Positions 20,247-30,804 are shown, counted from the first letter of the stretch. The stretch is DNA of 64,000 bases from Candidatus Latescibacterota bacterium (GCA_965223905.1 CBDCXV010000009.1:868506-932505), one strand, 5' to 3'. Program-made: numbers and translations. The notes: generated by a model not told the origin, from the letters alone.

Positions 20247-20612
20247 GTTCTTTCCTGTTCTGCTCCTGATTGGCCCCCCCATGCGTTTCCTTCCCCTCAA
20301 GAAGAAACCCGGGCCGGTGGCCATTGAGGTTCTCCGATCCGAACGGGGGAATGATCGATCGCCCGCAGCCAAAGCAGGCTGCCCGAGGTCAAGGCCCAGG
20401 TTGTGGAGCTCTACTTGGCCGGGCGGCCGATTTCTCAGATCGCCGCCGAGGTCGGGGCGTCGAGGGGCATGATCCGGCGGTGGCTGGAACAAGCCGCCCG
20501 GGAGGAAGCGGCCGCTCAGAGTACGGCCGAAAGCCCAGATCCTGTATCGAACCAGATTCCGGAAAAGGAGGAGTAGTCGAATGGTCACGACAGCTTACGA
20601 GGGAAATCCATC

Positions 20613-21485
20613 GTGGTCTCGGGAATATCCCGGATTTTCCACGGCCTGTTAATCCTGGCAGCAGCCGTACCCGGCTGGTCGGCCCCGGCTCCACCGGATT
20701 GGATCCTGATCGACCCCAGCGACGAGCCCGGGTTCTGGGTGGTGACCTGGCCTTCGGTTGCCGACGCCGACGGCTACCAGATTTACCTGCAGATCGGGGC
20801 CGCCGACGTCGAGGGGGACCAGGCCCCCGAGCCGGTCCTGGCCCGGTGGGGCTACGTCGAACAACAGGACGGGGTGATCCGGGTCAAGATCGCCGGCCTG
20901 TCTCAGGAGACGTTCTCCTTCGGGGTGGCCACCGTCAAGGACGGGGTCGAATCGGAAATCACCTGGCCGGCACAGCCTTCACAGCCTTCTTCGGCACTCG
21001 CGCCACCGGATTCGGTTTGGGTCGAAGAATACGGAGAAGGTATTGTAGTTCTTGCCTGGACTGCCGTGCCGGGAGCCGATGGGTACAGGATTTACGGAGA
21101 GGTCTTAGTGACCGTTGCATTGAATTCTCAAGGGGAAATCGTAATCCTTGAAAGCCCAGAAGTAGTTTGGGTGTCGTGGGGCTATGTGGACCAGCAGGAT
21201 TCGGAAATAATCCGGGCTACCATTCCGATCCTGGATGAGGGGCCGCCCGCGCTTGCCGTAGCCGCAGAAAAGGACGGGGTGAAATCAGAAATCGCCTGGC
21301 CGCCGGCACATCCGGACTTCAACCGGGATGGCCAGGTGAACCTCCTCGACTTCTTCCTGCTCGCCGACGCCTTCGGGAGCACCCTCCGGGGATTCGACCT
21401 CGACCGGGACGGCCGGGTCGACCTAGACGACTATTTCCTGTTCGCCAATGCCTTTCAGATCGGCCAATGGCAACCGGAGAACTGA
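20613..21485 (+). CDS. Secreted protein: two FN3-like domains + EF-hand/dockerin-like module
   Basis: Signal peptide LLILAAAVPGWSA; two WxxVxxADGYxIY repeats; DxNxDGxVN and DxDxDGxVD Ca-binding loops. Confidence 0.8.
   Translation: MVSGISRIFHGLLILAAAVPGWSAPAPPDWILIDPSDEPGFWVVTWPSVADADGYQIYLQIGAADVEGDQAPEPVLARWGYVEQQDGVIRVKIAGLSQETFSFGVATVKDGVESEITWPAQPSQPSSALAPPDSVWVEEYGEGIVVLAWTAVPGADGYRIYGEVLVTVALNSQGEIVILESPEVVWVSWGYVDQQDSEIIRATIPILDEGPPALAVAAEKDGVKSEIAWPPAHPDFNRDGQVNLLDFFLLADAFGSTLRGFDLDRDGRVDLDDYFLFANAFQIGQWQPEN
20622..21482 (+). repeat. ~860-bp near-identical direct repeat of 13102-13962
   Basis: Constant offset 7520; only difference seen is C/T at 13940/21460. Confidence 0.95.
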
Positions 21486-21764
21486 AACCCCGGGGCGGCA
21501 CCTTTCCCCGCTGGTGGGGGGAAACTTTTCGCTTAGGAGATTGACGTTACGCCAACAGAGGAATTTGTAGGTAGATCGATCCCCTACCTTTATGTAATGG
21601 TTCATTCCGTGGAAAAGCCCCCCCAGCGATTTGGAAGAGCGGCTCCATAGATTGGAAGAAGCCGTCTCCTGGATGGTTCAATGGCACAACGAGAACGGAG
21701 CCAGTTTCGCGCAACCCAAATATCTCGGTTCCTGCTTTGGATAGGAATAGGGCTCATTTTTGCC

Positions 21765-21785
21765 GGGGGGGGGGGGGGGGGGGGG
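21765..21785 (+). repeat. G21 homopolymer tract
   Basis: Counted directly. Confidence 0.95.
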
Positions 21786-21974
21786 TGATTTCGGGTATTG
21801 CTACCATTTGCCTTCAAGACAACAGATTGCTGCCGGAGTAGCAGAAGTAGGTAAAAACATGACAGCCTTCGGCATTTGGACCGGAATACTCGGATGCTAT
21901 CTGTCTTCATGGGGTGCATCGTTCGGGCCCTTGGCCGCTGATTATTAATTCCCTTTGACCTTGAGGAAAAAGCC

Positions 21975-22637
21975 ATGCGCTACCTGTTCATCTTGGCCGC
22001 CCTGGCACTATGGGCCGGCCCCGACCTTCACGCTGCCGAAGGGAGGCCAACGGCTCCAGATTCGGCCCGATGGGCTTTCGGCCTGTCCTTGCCCTCCGCG
22101 AATTTAGCAAGTATTTGGCGCCTGGGACCGGCCAGCGCCTGGGGCTTGGAACTGAGCTGTTCGGCTTTGAGTTGGACCGACGCGAAGGGACCCCGGGCGG
22201 AATATACCGAAGTTGGGTCATTCCTGAACCGGACTCGGGATTATGACGACCGGCAAAGGAAGACGGTGGCCGCCTCCTTTACGGCAAAGCGATTCCGCCC
22301 GCCTATTCGTGATGTGGCCCCCTTCGGCTTTGTCCGCCTCTATGGCTCGGTTGATAGCATCCACTGGCCGGCGTGGCCGGAATGGCGTACAGGCCCCCAG
22401 ACGCTGTCCGAATTCGACTGGCGAATTTATGCCGGGTTTGGCGTGGCCTGGACCCCCTTCGACCGGGTGGGTTTGTGGGCCTCCCAAGGCGTCATGTTCT
22501 GGTACGAGAAAGAGGACCTGCCTTCCCGCCGGATACAACACGAGGACCTGCCCGAAAGCATCCAAGTTGAGCGCCAAGAGTATCGCCACGGATTGGGCCT
22601 GTCGAGGCCCCGGCTGTTGGTGTTCTTCAAGTTCTAA
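21975..22637 (+). CDS. Probable outer-membrane beta-barrel protein
   Basis: GAGG RBS; signal peptide; alternating amphipathic strands; ends LLVFFKF. Confidence 0.7.
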   Translation: MRYLFILAALALWAGPDLHAAEGRPTAPDSARWAFGLSLPSANLASIWRLGPASAWGLELSCSALSWTDAKGPRAEYTEVGSFLNRTRDYDDRQRKTVAASFTAKRFRPPIRDVAPFGFVRLYGSVDSIHWPAWPEWRTGPQTLSEFDWRIYAGFGVAWTPFDRVGLWASQGVMFWYEKEDLPSRRIQHEDLPESIQVERQEYRHGLGLSRPRLLVFFKF

Positions 22638-22674
22638 ACCCGGATCGTTTCCCGGGTTGGACCAAGGGAGTTGG

Positions 22675-22788
22675 AGCGGGATTCAGGCCATCTGTATGGA
22701 CATGCACGACCCCTCCTTCGCGGTCGTTGAGGGCCTGCATGCCGGAGGGGGTGGACAAGATCGTCTTCGGCAGGTTCCACGTCCTGCG
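22675..22788 (+). mobile_element. ISL3 transposase micro-remnant
   Basis: GIQAICMDMH and, after a frameshift, VDKIVFGRFHV. Confidence 0.6.
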
Positions 22789-23076
22789 TTTGCGGCTATC
22801 CACGAACTCGGTTCCGCGACTGCACCATGGTCTTCCCCTCGATAATGCCAAGTTCGTCCTTTTTATATCCGAATTTATCGAAACCTAATCCGGCGCCCGG
22901 AGGGGGGTGCCGAGGCGGGATTGGGTAGATTGGGGGCCTAACCGGAGTGAACCGCCTGCCGACATTCCGCTGCCCTGCCCGGAGGAAAGCACTGATGGGG
23001 AGGTTGGTGTGTTGGGGCAACGGCGATGCACGCCTGTTCGGCGAGATTGCCTTCGGCGAGGCGGTCTCGAACCGAA

Positions 23077-25326
23077 CTACCCGCTGGCGGCGGCCTCCCA
23101 CAGCTGTCTTGACCGCATATCTACCCACTCACAGTGCAGATCCAAACGGATCTCCTCACTGCCCGACGGCACAAGAAAACGCGTCAATTCCATCGGTATG
23201 GGGAAATACAAGCCACCAGACAACGACTGGAGCCGGCGATCCAGCTCCAAGGCTCCCTCGGCGCGCAAAACGCCGCCGATGTCTACGCCCACTATCTCGT
23301 CCAGCCGAATGTCGTATTGGAACTGAGCACTCACACCATCCGATGCAACGAACGTCACCCTGTTTCCCGTCCACACAACGCCATGCGTTTCGCAATCCAG
23401 GACGAGATCCCCATACGCGTCAAACGCCCACCCAGGCAACCTAATGTAGTGCCCCCCTAGGTTGGTCCGATCATCCTCATCGACGATCAGCAGCAAACGA
23501 TGCGGGTTCTTCGCGTCCATCTGTGTCGCTTCTTGGTTAGCCACATTGAGCACCGCAACATCCTGCTGTGTCACGACTTGGCGCTGCCCGCCTTTTCGGA
23601 CCACCCCGATGTCGTCCTTCACCAGCACCCATAGCTCTGAACGACGCCTCGCGAACAACTCCAGGTTGAGCGCACCGTCGCCAAAAAATCTCGGACTCCA
23701 TTTCTTCAACGCTGGCCCGATGTACTCACGACAGAATATGGAGATCAGCGAGTAGACTAGGTCGTTTAGACCCAAGTCCTTCAGCTTGGTGACTTCCGCA
23801 TGGCGAACATCTACGATTACATCGACCCGGCCGTGCCCACCCTTCTCCTTAACGAAACTAGGTATGTCCTCCGTGAGCCTGCCTGCGATGAGGTCGAAAT
23901 CCCTGATCTCGTACGAGCGCATGATGTTCCGTTCGACCTCGGAGAGAAACACTCTTTCGAATATCGTCAGATCATCGTACACCTCAGCACAGTCCACGAC
24001 GCCATCGAACGCCTTCCCCCCGCAGTACTGCTCAAGATAGCTCCGCTCCGCCGCCTGGCGATGTCTGTCTGCCGACAGCTGCACCACAATGTGCCCCTGC
24101 GCCTGCATTACCTGACTCAGCGCCTGCTTCCTGGCCGTTCCGTAGAAGACGGACACGCCACCGGCGCTAGCTCGGCGCCTGACATCCCCGAGCGTCGCTT
24201 CCGTTCCATCGGCCAGCCGAACTGCCACGTTCGTCATCTTATCGATCAACCCGCGCCGGCTGATGTACTGGAAAATCCTGGTGTGTTGGGCGATTCGATC
24301 CGGCGATTCCAGAACCACATCGACGGCCACCTCCTCCAGCAGCGCAGTCAACTGGCCGAGCAGGCCCATAGTCTCCGAGTCCAGCGAGTCACGCCCTGCG
24401 GTCGGCACGAATAGATCGCAATCTAACCTGCCCGACACGCCAATCGTTGTAGGAACCTGTGTCGCGCAGAGCTTGAACCCTCGCTTGAATGCGTCTAGCG
24501 GACCTGCTTCGAATCGCAGTCGACCCTTCATCGACGTTTTGGCCCCTCGCCACACGAGTTCCTCTATAGAGGCAACCAGGGTGTGGCCACGATCCTCCCA
24601 CAGTCTTCCGAAAACGACTGCTTCGCCGCTCTGCCATCGACGGACGGTCTCTCCGATCTGAACCAGGTTGTCCTGTTCTTCCAGCGCCTCGAACCGCCCG
24701 CGCGAGATACACTCCCCATTGAAGCGGACGTCAATGGGCACATATCGAACGAAGTCCCGCAAGTAGGCCTTTAGTTCCTCGACGTTGGGCGGACTATTCA
24801 GTTCGCCCACGACCAGCGTACCGCGCGGGTCCGCGTCGTTCGAATCGACAATGGTCACCTTGGGAATCGCGGTCCCTGCGCGTCGGATGTCCTCGGCCGA
24901 CAGCGAGGTAGCCGTCCCTGTCGTAGACGTGCTGTCCTTCGACGTCACAACCAAACGGTCGCAAACACCGAAATTGGCGAATCCCCCAATTCCGAACATT
25001 CCGACGCAGCCTGCTTCCCTTGCCTCGTCGCCCCGTTTTCCGCTCGAGCCGATCGTCCAGAAAAAACCCTGCAGGTCCTTTTTTGACATGCCGATCCCGT
25101 TGTCGCGCACGCTCACGCTTTCTCTATCGACGTGAATGTCGATCATGTACTCCAACTCGCCCGCATCTCTGTCATCGCGCAGAGCCTGGATCCGCACAGC
25201 GTCTATCGCGTTCTGGACGTTCTCCCGCAAGAACGCATGCGGCGTCTCGTAGATCTGTTTGGAAATCGCGCGCAAGACACTGTCGAACTCGATCCCAATC
25301 TCGAACGATGATGTACCGCTACTCAC
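23077..25326 (-). CDS. HSP90-like GHKL ATPase with long uncharacterised C-terminal region
   Basis: QIYETPHAFLRENVQNAIDA, RDNGIGMS, TIGSSGK, GMFGIGGFA; overlaps the upstream stop by 8 bp. Confidence 0.88.
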   Translation of the reverse strand: MSSGTSSFEIGIEFDSVLRAISKQIYETPHAFLRENVQNAIDAVRIQALRDDRDAGELEYMIDIHVDRESVSVRDNGIGMSKKDLQGFFWTIGSSGKRGDEAREAGCVGMFGIGGFANFGVCDRLVVTSKDSTSTTGTATSLSAEDIRRAGTAIPKVTIVDSNDADPRGTLVVGELNSPPNVEELKAYLRDFVRYVPIDVRFNGECISRGRFEALEEQDNLVQIGETVRRWQSGEAVVFGRLWEDRGHTLVASIEELVWRGAKTSMKGRLRFEAGPLDAFKRGFKLCATQVPTTIGVSGRLDCDLFVPTAGRDSLDSETMGLLGQLTALLEEVAVDVVLESPDRIAQHTRIFQYISRRGLIDKMTNVAVRLADGTEATLGDVRRRASAGGVSVFYGTARKQALSQVMQAQGHIVVQLSADRHRQAAERSYLEQYCGGKAFDGVVDCAEVYDDLTIFERVFLSEVERNIMRSYEIRDFDLIAGRLTEDIPSFVKEKGGHGRVDVIVDVRHAEVTKLKDLGLNDLVYSLISIFCREYIGPALKKWSPRFFGDGALNLELFARRRSELWVLVKDDIGVVRKGGQRQVVTQQDVAVLNVANQEATQMDAKNPHRLLLIVDEDDRTNLGGHYIRLPGWAFDAYGDLVLDCETHGVVWTGNRVTFVASDGVSAQFQYDIRLDEIVGVDIGGVLRAEGALELDRRLQSLSGGLYFPIPMELTRFLVPSGSEEIRLDLHCEWVDMRSRQLWEAAASG

Positions 25327-27100
25327 CTTGGTCCCCTCGCGCCTGTCGGATCAGCCAATCTCGAAAGCTCCTATCTCCACTCGCCTGTACTATCCTCATG
25401 CCAGTCTCCACAAACGCTTGAGACTGGTCGGGAAACCGCCGCATGCCATCTCCAATCACTGTCTTGGCCTCTTCGTGCCTCCCCACTTCCGCCATCAGCG
25501 TCGCAAGCGCTCCACAATCGCCGGGCTCCGCTTGATCGGATTCCATCGCTTCCCGGTACAACTCGACGGCCCGGGTTTTGTCGCTCTCCTCCGTCGACCG
25601 CGCCAAGCAAAGCGCTAGGATCCGAGCCACTCTTACCCTCGACGCACCTTCACTCACGTCGATCGTCCGCTCCGCCAGATCCTGTGCGCCATCCCAGTCG
25701 TCCATAGCCACCAGATCCACTAACAGGTCCACTGTATGCCTTAGCGGTTCGCCGTTGGCGGCCGCTTGCGGTCGCGCTCTTGCCTCGTTCTGCATCGTCA
25801 TGTAGTTCTTCACTATTGGCTGCATCTCCGCGAGACTCGCCAGCCTACGGACGAACACAGGTATTGAGTCGCCATGTGCCTCCAGAATCTCGTCCAACGG
25901 TTTGCGCCCGTACAGTAGCCTAACAACACGACCCACGCCTCTGAACTTCGCGGCCACATTCCTCAACGACTGGTCACCAATGCCGTCGATAGAGTCCCAG
26001 TTGCCAAACACGACACCACCGTCCGACATCAGTGGGACATCCGATGAGAACCCCAACAGTAAGGCCGCAAGGTAGCCTGAGAACCCGCTTGCCCCCTTGC
26101 AATATGCGTCGATTGCGTCCGCCAACTCCGCAACCGTGCAATTGCATGGTCCGTCTATCTCGTAGTTCAGACTCCTCCGCGACACGTACTCGAAAGCACT
26201 GATTTGCGGGTTGTATTGGATGAATTCTACGTCGGCTTTGCCGGCAAGCGGGTCCAGCATAATGATCGTGTATGTATTCCGAGCCACCCTTGACTCGAAT
26301 GACGCGCCAGCCGTGATCGTGATACATCGACCGCCTGCCACCGCTACCTCTTTCACTTCGGGATCGTGTAGGTGGCCGCAGTGCACAAAATGACATGCTT
26401 CCTCCATCCTATGCTGCACGGACCGCCGGTCGAAGCGTCGGAGCAGATCGAAAGGGTGATGCTGCAGACCCAACACGACATGGGGCGAGTGTCCTTTCGC
26501 CATGTCTATCGCGCTCTTCACCTGACTTTCTCCAATTACCAGCTTGCCCTCGTCGGTGGCTCCCCCTTCCGACAGCCACGACGAGTTCAGCCCCATTATC
26601 GCGATGCGCAGATCGTCCACTTCGACCATCGAAACATAGCCAAGCCCGTCCTCTGTGTAATCTCTCTCATGTCCTTGCAGGAAACCCGCCTCAAACGCTC
26701 GATAGTCTTCCTGTCGAAGAAGCAGGGTGTCTCTCTCGGCATCATCCGCCAAGAACCCATATACGTCGCTCTCGTTCTTCAATGCTTCCCGCGCACCCCT
26801 GAAGCACATCTTACTTCGCTCTCGTTGTACGTCATGATTCCCTGGGACACAGAAGATCATGTTCCGAGAAACTCCTATCGACGCAACCATCTGATCCAGG
26901 AACTCTCCAACGAGTTCGTATTCCGAGCCTTCGCCGGAGAACGCCAGATCTCCCGTCGCGACCGCGAAATCGAACTGTCCCTCCGTCGTGCCTCGACGAC
27001 GTATGTCTTCAAGCATGGCCGACAGAACGGTCTTCCGCTGCGCGTTTTCCGCTTTCCGCATGTGCAAGTCTGAAATGTGCACCCAACGTACTACACGCAT
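25319..27100 (-). CDS. Calcineurin-like metallophosphoesterase with C-terminal TPR-like helices
   Basis: HISDLH, TGDLAFSG, VPGNHD, LNSSW, QHHP, CGHLH; C-terminal AVELYREA...ALATLMAEVGRHEEAKTVI. Confidence 0.9.
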   Translation of the reverse strand: MRVVRWVHISDLHMRKAENAQRKTVLSAMLEDIRRRGTTEGQFDFAVATGDLAFSGEGSEYELVGEFLDQMVASIGVSRNMIFCVPGNHDVQRERSKMCFRGAREALKNESDVYGFLADDAERDTLLLRQEDYRAFEAGFLQGHERDYTEDGLGYVSMVEVDDLRIAIMGLNSSWLSEGGATDEGKLVIGESQVKSAIDMAKGHSPHVVLGLQHHPFDLLRRFDRRSVQHRMEEACHFVHCGHLHDPEVKEVAVAGGRCITITAGASFESRVARNTYTIIMLDPLAGKADVEFIQYNPQISAFEYVSRRSLNYEIDGPCNCTVAELADAIDAYCKGASGFSGYLAALLLGFSSDVPLMSDGGVVFGNWDSIDGIGDQSLRNVAAKFRGVGRVVRLLYGRKPLDEILEAHGDSIPVFVRRLASLAEMQPIVKNYMTMQNEARARPQAAANGEPLRHTVDLLVDLVAMDDWDGAQDLAERTIDVSEGASRVRVARILALCLARSTEESDKTRAVELYREAMESDQAEPGDCGALATLMAEVGRHEEAKTVIGDGMRRFPDQSQAFVETGMRIVQASGDRSFRDWLIRQARGDQGE

Positions 27101-27303
27101 GGTTTTATTTACCTTACGGACCTACCGACTCGAATGGCCGACTCTGGCAAGCGTAGTCCCAGGGGGGCAACGGGATCGTCCGCACTCCTATCCCAGCTCC
27201 GCGACAGCGATATGATTTCCATACAGTATACGTCAAGCATTCGCTAGGGTCATCGTCCTACTCACGTTCCCCGTGTTCACGCCTTCGACATTCCTTCGGC
27301 CAC

Positions 27304-27735
27304 CTACGCCGGGTTGTCCGTCGCGAAGCTGACGCACTCGGACACCAGCTCGGGATAGGCGATCTCGATGTACTGCTGCGCGTGGTTGATCGTCGGCCAC
27401 AACAGGTCGCCCTTTGCCGCCGTGATGAGCGCTATTCAGTGGGTCGGGTAGTAGCGGACCAGCATTCCAGCGCGTACGACGTCATGTACGTGATGCCCAG
27501 CTGGGGAAAGGCGAACCCCGCCGGGTAGGGGCGCTGCCAGTCCGGGGTTGGGGATCGCACCGAACACTTTCTGCACGTAGTCCGCCCGAAGGTCGGGCGT
27601 CCTCGAGAACAGCTCTCCGAGTGCAATCTCCGCACCACGACCCCGGTGTTGCGGAAATACTCGCGCGCTTGGCGCGCTGCCGCGTTGATCTCGCCGACCG
27701 CCGCGCGTTCAGTGTCCGACCGTGGATCCGCTCGA
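27304..27735 (-). pseudogene. YaaC-like protein relic
   Basis: Across frames: AARQAREYFRN, ELFSRTPDL, TYMTSYAL, MLVRYYPTH*, KGDLLWPTI. Confidence 0.6.
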
Positions 27736-28194
27736 ACCGCTGCCGGACGACATCGCGGCTTTCCAGCGCCAGCAGGCGTTGCCAGATCTCCCGGCGGTCG
27801 CGATCCGTTCACAACTCTGTTCCACTTCCAATCGTCCCGCACAATACCGGGGATAACCCGCCGCCGTTGTTGCCACGGGCAACCCAACCAGACATCGCAA
27901 GCCGAAATGGCACTCGTCACGACGAAGCATCTCGCCCTTGATTTGTGTCGGATGAAGGGCGATCCCTACGGGCCGGGCGGTCGTACCGCGTAACGAGCCT
28001 CGGCAAGCCGAGTCTCGACCCTGCGGGCTTCCATCCCGATCGCCGACGCCGTGGCGGCTTTCGCGGCGGGGCGAGTTCGAACGCAACGCGGGCGTTCGCC
28101 AGTGCCGAGGTATCCGGACCTCCGCACGTGCTCGACGCCGTGACGCCGGGATTTCTCGCGCAGGTGGGCGGGTACTGGCCTGAATGGTACGGCC

Positions 28195-28735
28195 AGCATG
28201 AAGCTGACCGCGACCTCAAGATCACACAGAAGGCTGCTTGGCACTTGGGGCACCGCATCCGGGAAACCTGGAAGGACGAAACCGGTTCCCCTTTCGGCGG
28301 ACCGGTGGACCGGTGCAGATTGACGAGGCGTATTTCGGGGGCCGCGAGTCCAAACAGCAACGCAGTCCGGGCCGCCGTGGTGCCCGATACCTTGCAGAGG
28401 TTCGCCAGTCAGAACATCCGCAAGGGTGGCACCATGTATTCTGACGATGCGGTCGCCTATACGGATTTCGACCACGTGGCCAAGCACGAAAAGCGTCCGC
28501 CATTCATTAGGCGAATACGTCCGAGGCCAAGCTCACGTCAACGGGATTTGAGTCGTTCTGGTCCATGATGAAGCGGAGGCTTTCACGGCACCTATCACCG
28601 AATGAGCCCGAAGCACCTGCACCGCTACGTGGGGCGAATTCGCCGGGCGGCACAACGACCGGGAGCATGATACCGTCGACCAGATGAACCCTCCGCGATA
28701 ATATCGAACGGCCGGGACATGGGAGCGACCAGTGA
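28195..28735 (+). mobile_element. IS1595-family transposase pseudogene
   Basis: RDLKITQKAAWHLGHRIRE, VQIDEAYFGG, MYSDD, GEYVRGQAHVNG, ESFWSMMKR, HRMSPKHLHRYVGEF across frames. Confidence 0.88.
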
Positions 28736-29514
28736 ATGTAACGGTCTGTAAATAAAGAAATTACGGACGAGTGGCAAGCAGCTTGAAAGGAAGATAAGGG
28801 AGCGGGGTTCGTCCCACATCATTCGGGTACCTGGTGGTGTGCAGGCGGCCCTGCGACATGGGCAAGTGAAATTTTCCCTAACTATGGATTATCCGGTACC
28901 GGCAGGGAATTCCCCGCTCCCCTTCGTTTCCCGGTTCGGTGCAGCATTTGTGAATGATAAGCATCAGCTCTCCCCTTCGTCAACCCCCCTTGAATCTAGT
29001 CGGAATTCCGAATTACCTGCACGAAATCCGAAACGACCACCCTTGGCCTGCAAGCGGTCGCTGGTGCGGCTGTCACACGAAGTCTTAATCTTTTTCAGAC
29101 TTGAAAGGGGCGCGAAGGGGGCGAAGCGGCCGGATTGGTAGTAACCATGTCCGAAAAGGAGGGATTTCGTGGTCCGGGATCCGAAACCACCCGCTCTGAT
29201 GGAGGAGGGGATGCGGGGGTCGGGACTCCTGGTCGGATCCCCTTGGGTCTGCAAGTTCTTCGCCGAAGAGTTGGAACCCGAGCCGTCACCCTCTGGGAGT
29301 CGAAGTCCGGATCGTGTACTTGCGAGATTCAGAAAACTGGACGTTGTCGTGGCGTGGTCTATACCGCGTGGTTATTTCTGTTAAGCATCGGAGAACCGGC
29401 TTCGTCATTTCCCGTAACCAAATAATTGATCAACACCATGGGTTATATTTTCCTGACTCCCGAATTTGTCGCCGATTTCCTAAACTGAATAAAACAACCC
29501 ACAGGGAGCACTAC

Positions 29515-30804
29515 ATGAGTCTCGAAAATGTCCGCCGCAGGCTGGTGGTCCGCCTTGAAGAGGGAGATCGGGGCGACCGCGGCTGGTTTGTCATCACGCG
29601 CGTCCATGTTGCGATGTCGTGGCTGAAAGGCATCGCCGAGTATCTGGAGAACCGGGGCGGCGGCGAGGTCATCCGCCTGACTGGGCACGACTACCAAAGA
29701 CTCGCGACGATCATTGAGACCAACAACGACGATCCCGGTGTTCAGTTGCGGCGTCATCACCTTCTGGTTATGGACAAACCCTTGCAGCTCCTGCAACGCG
29801 TTGACGGCCGAAAATGGAGCAAGATTGTCCAAACCGAACGCGGGCGGGCGCTCGCCAATACGGACGATCCGGCGGCGGTGCTCGAAGACTCCCTGTCGGC
29901 GATCCGGTTTGCCGTCGAACCCTGGACGCCGCCTAACCGGGTCAGCCAATACGAGGATTTTGACCTGCGGGTATATGAGGTCAAAAAAAAGGTGCTCCGG
30001 CTCTGCGGAGGCTATATCGACCGCAACGAGTTCGACTTCTTCGTTTCCCGGATCCGCACCAGCCGCGAAGCCGATCAGGCTGCCGCTGCGGTCGTGGATT
30101 ATCGCGCGCTTGCGCCGGAGGAACAGGACACGCTGCACGCCGAAGTCCGCAATCGGATACCCGGAGCCAAGGCGTATTCGAACTGGCGCGATGTCGGGCT
30201 GCACACCTTCTCTCTGTTCTCGCTAGGTACCGGCATGGTGCGCGAAGGAACGCGCCTCTTGCTAACGGCCGACTGGGTTGACTCGCATGTCGTGCCTTCC
30301 GCTGCGCCGGGCGCTCTCGCCATGCCCGCAGCACCGGCGCTAATCGAAGGGGGGGCTGCGCCGCAACTCCGCATGCCGGAGCCGCCGGAGGTCGAAGTCC
30401 TTCTCACACCCCCCGCCGCACCCGCAAGGAATGACGGCGCGGATGCGGAGAGCTTCGTTGCGAAAGTGCTCCGCTCCCAGGGCTGGGAGGTCGCCTTCTA
30501 TACCAATCGACGGGGCTACGGTTTCGATCTCTGGGCGCGCCGGGAGAGTCGCGCCATGGTGGTCGAGGTGAAAAGTAGCCTCGGGGCTCTGGGCGCGGTC
30601 AGCCTCACACCGACGGAATACCTGGCAGCGCAAGAACATGGAGACAGCTACATCCTGGCGCTCGTCGAGCACATGGATAGCGACTCGCCCTGCTTGCACA
30701 TGATTCAGAACCCGGCGGCGACCCTCGAAATGGAGGAGCACATGTTGGATAGCTACGTGATCAGCCGCGCAGAATGGCTGCGGGCCGCCCGCGGGAACAC
30801 CTAA
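29515..30804 (+). CDS. Putative restriction endonuclease: wHTH-like N-terminus + DUF3883 PD-(D/E)XK domain
   Basis: ATG after AGGGAG; AESFV...GYGFDLWA...VEVKSS...LTPTEYLAAQEHGDSYILALV; adjacent to an MTase. Confidence 0.8.
   Translation: MSLENVRRRLVVRLEEGDRGDRGWFVITRVHVAMSWLKGIAEYLENRGGGEVIRLTGHDYQRLATIIETNNDDPGVQLRRHHLLVMDKPLQLLQRVDGRKWSKIVQTERGRALANTDDPAAVLEDSLSAIRFAVEPWTPPNRVSQYEDFDLRVYEVKKKVLRLCGGYIDRNEFDFFVSRIRTSREADQAAAAVVDYRALAPEEQDTLHAEVRNRIPGAKAYSNWRDVGLHTFSLFSLGTGMVREGTRLLLTADWVDSHVVPSAAPGALAMPAAPALIEGGAAPQLRMPEPPEVEVLLTPPAAPARNDGADAESFVAKVLRSQGWEVAFYTNRRGYGFDLWARRESRAMVVEVKSSLGALGAVSLTPTEYLAAQEHGDSYILALVEHMDSDSPCLHMIQNPAATLEMEEHMLDSYVISRAEWLRAARGNT

Noticed and set aside
7869-21485. 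Diversity-generating retroelement behind the duplicated segments
   Set aside because: No reverse transcriptase in the window, and differences do not look adenine-specific
29140-29230. tRNA-like or att-site sequence before the R-M genes
   Set aside because: No cloverleaf or T-arm match, and no integrase
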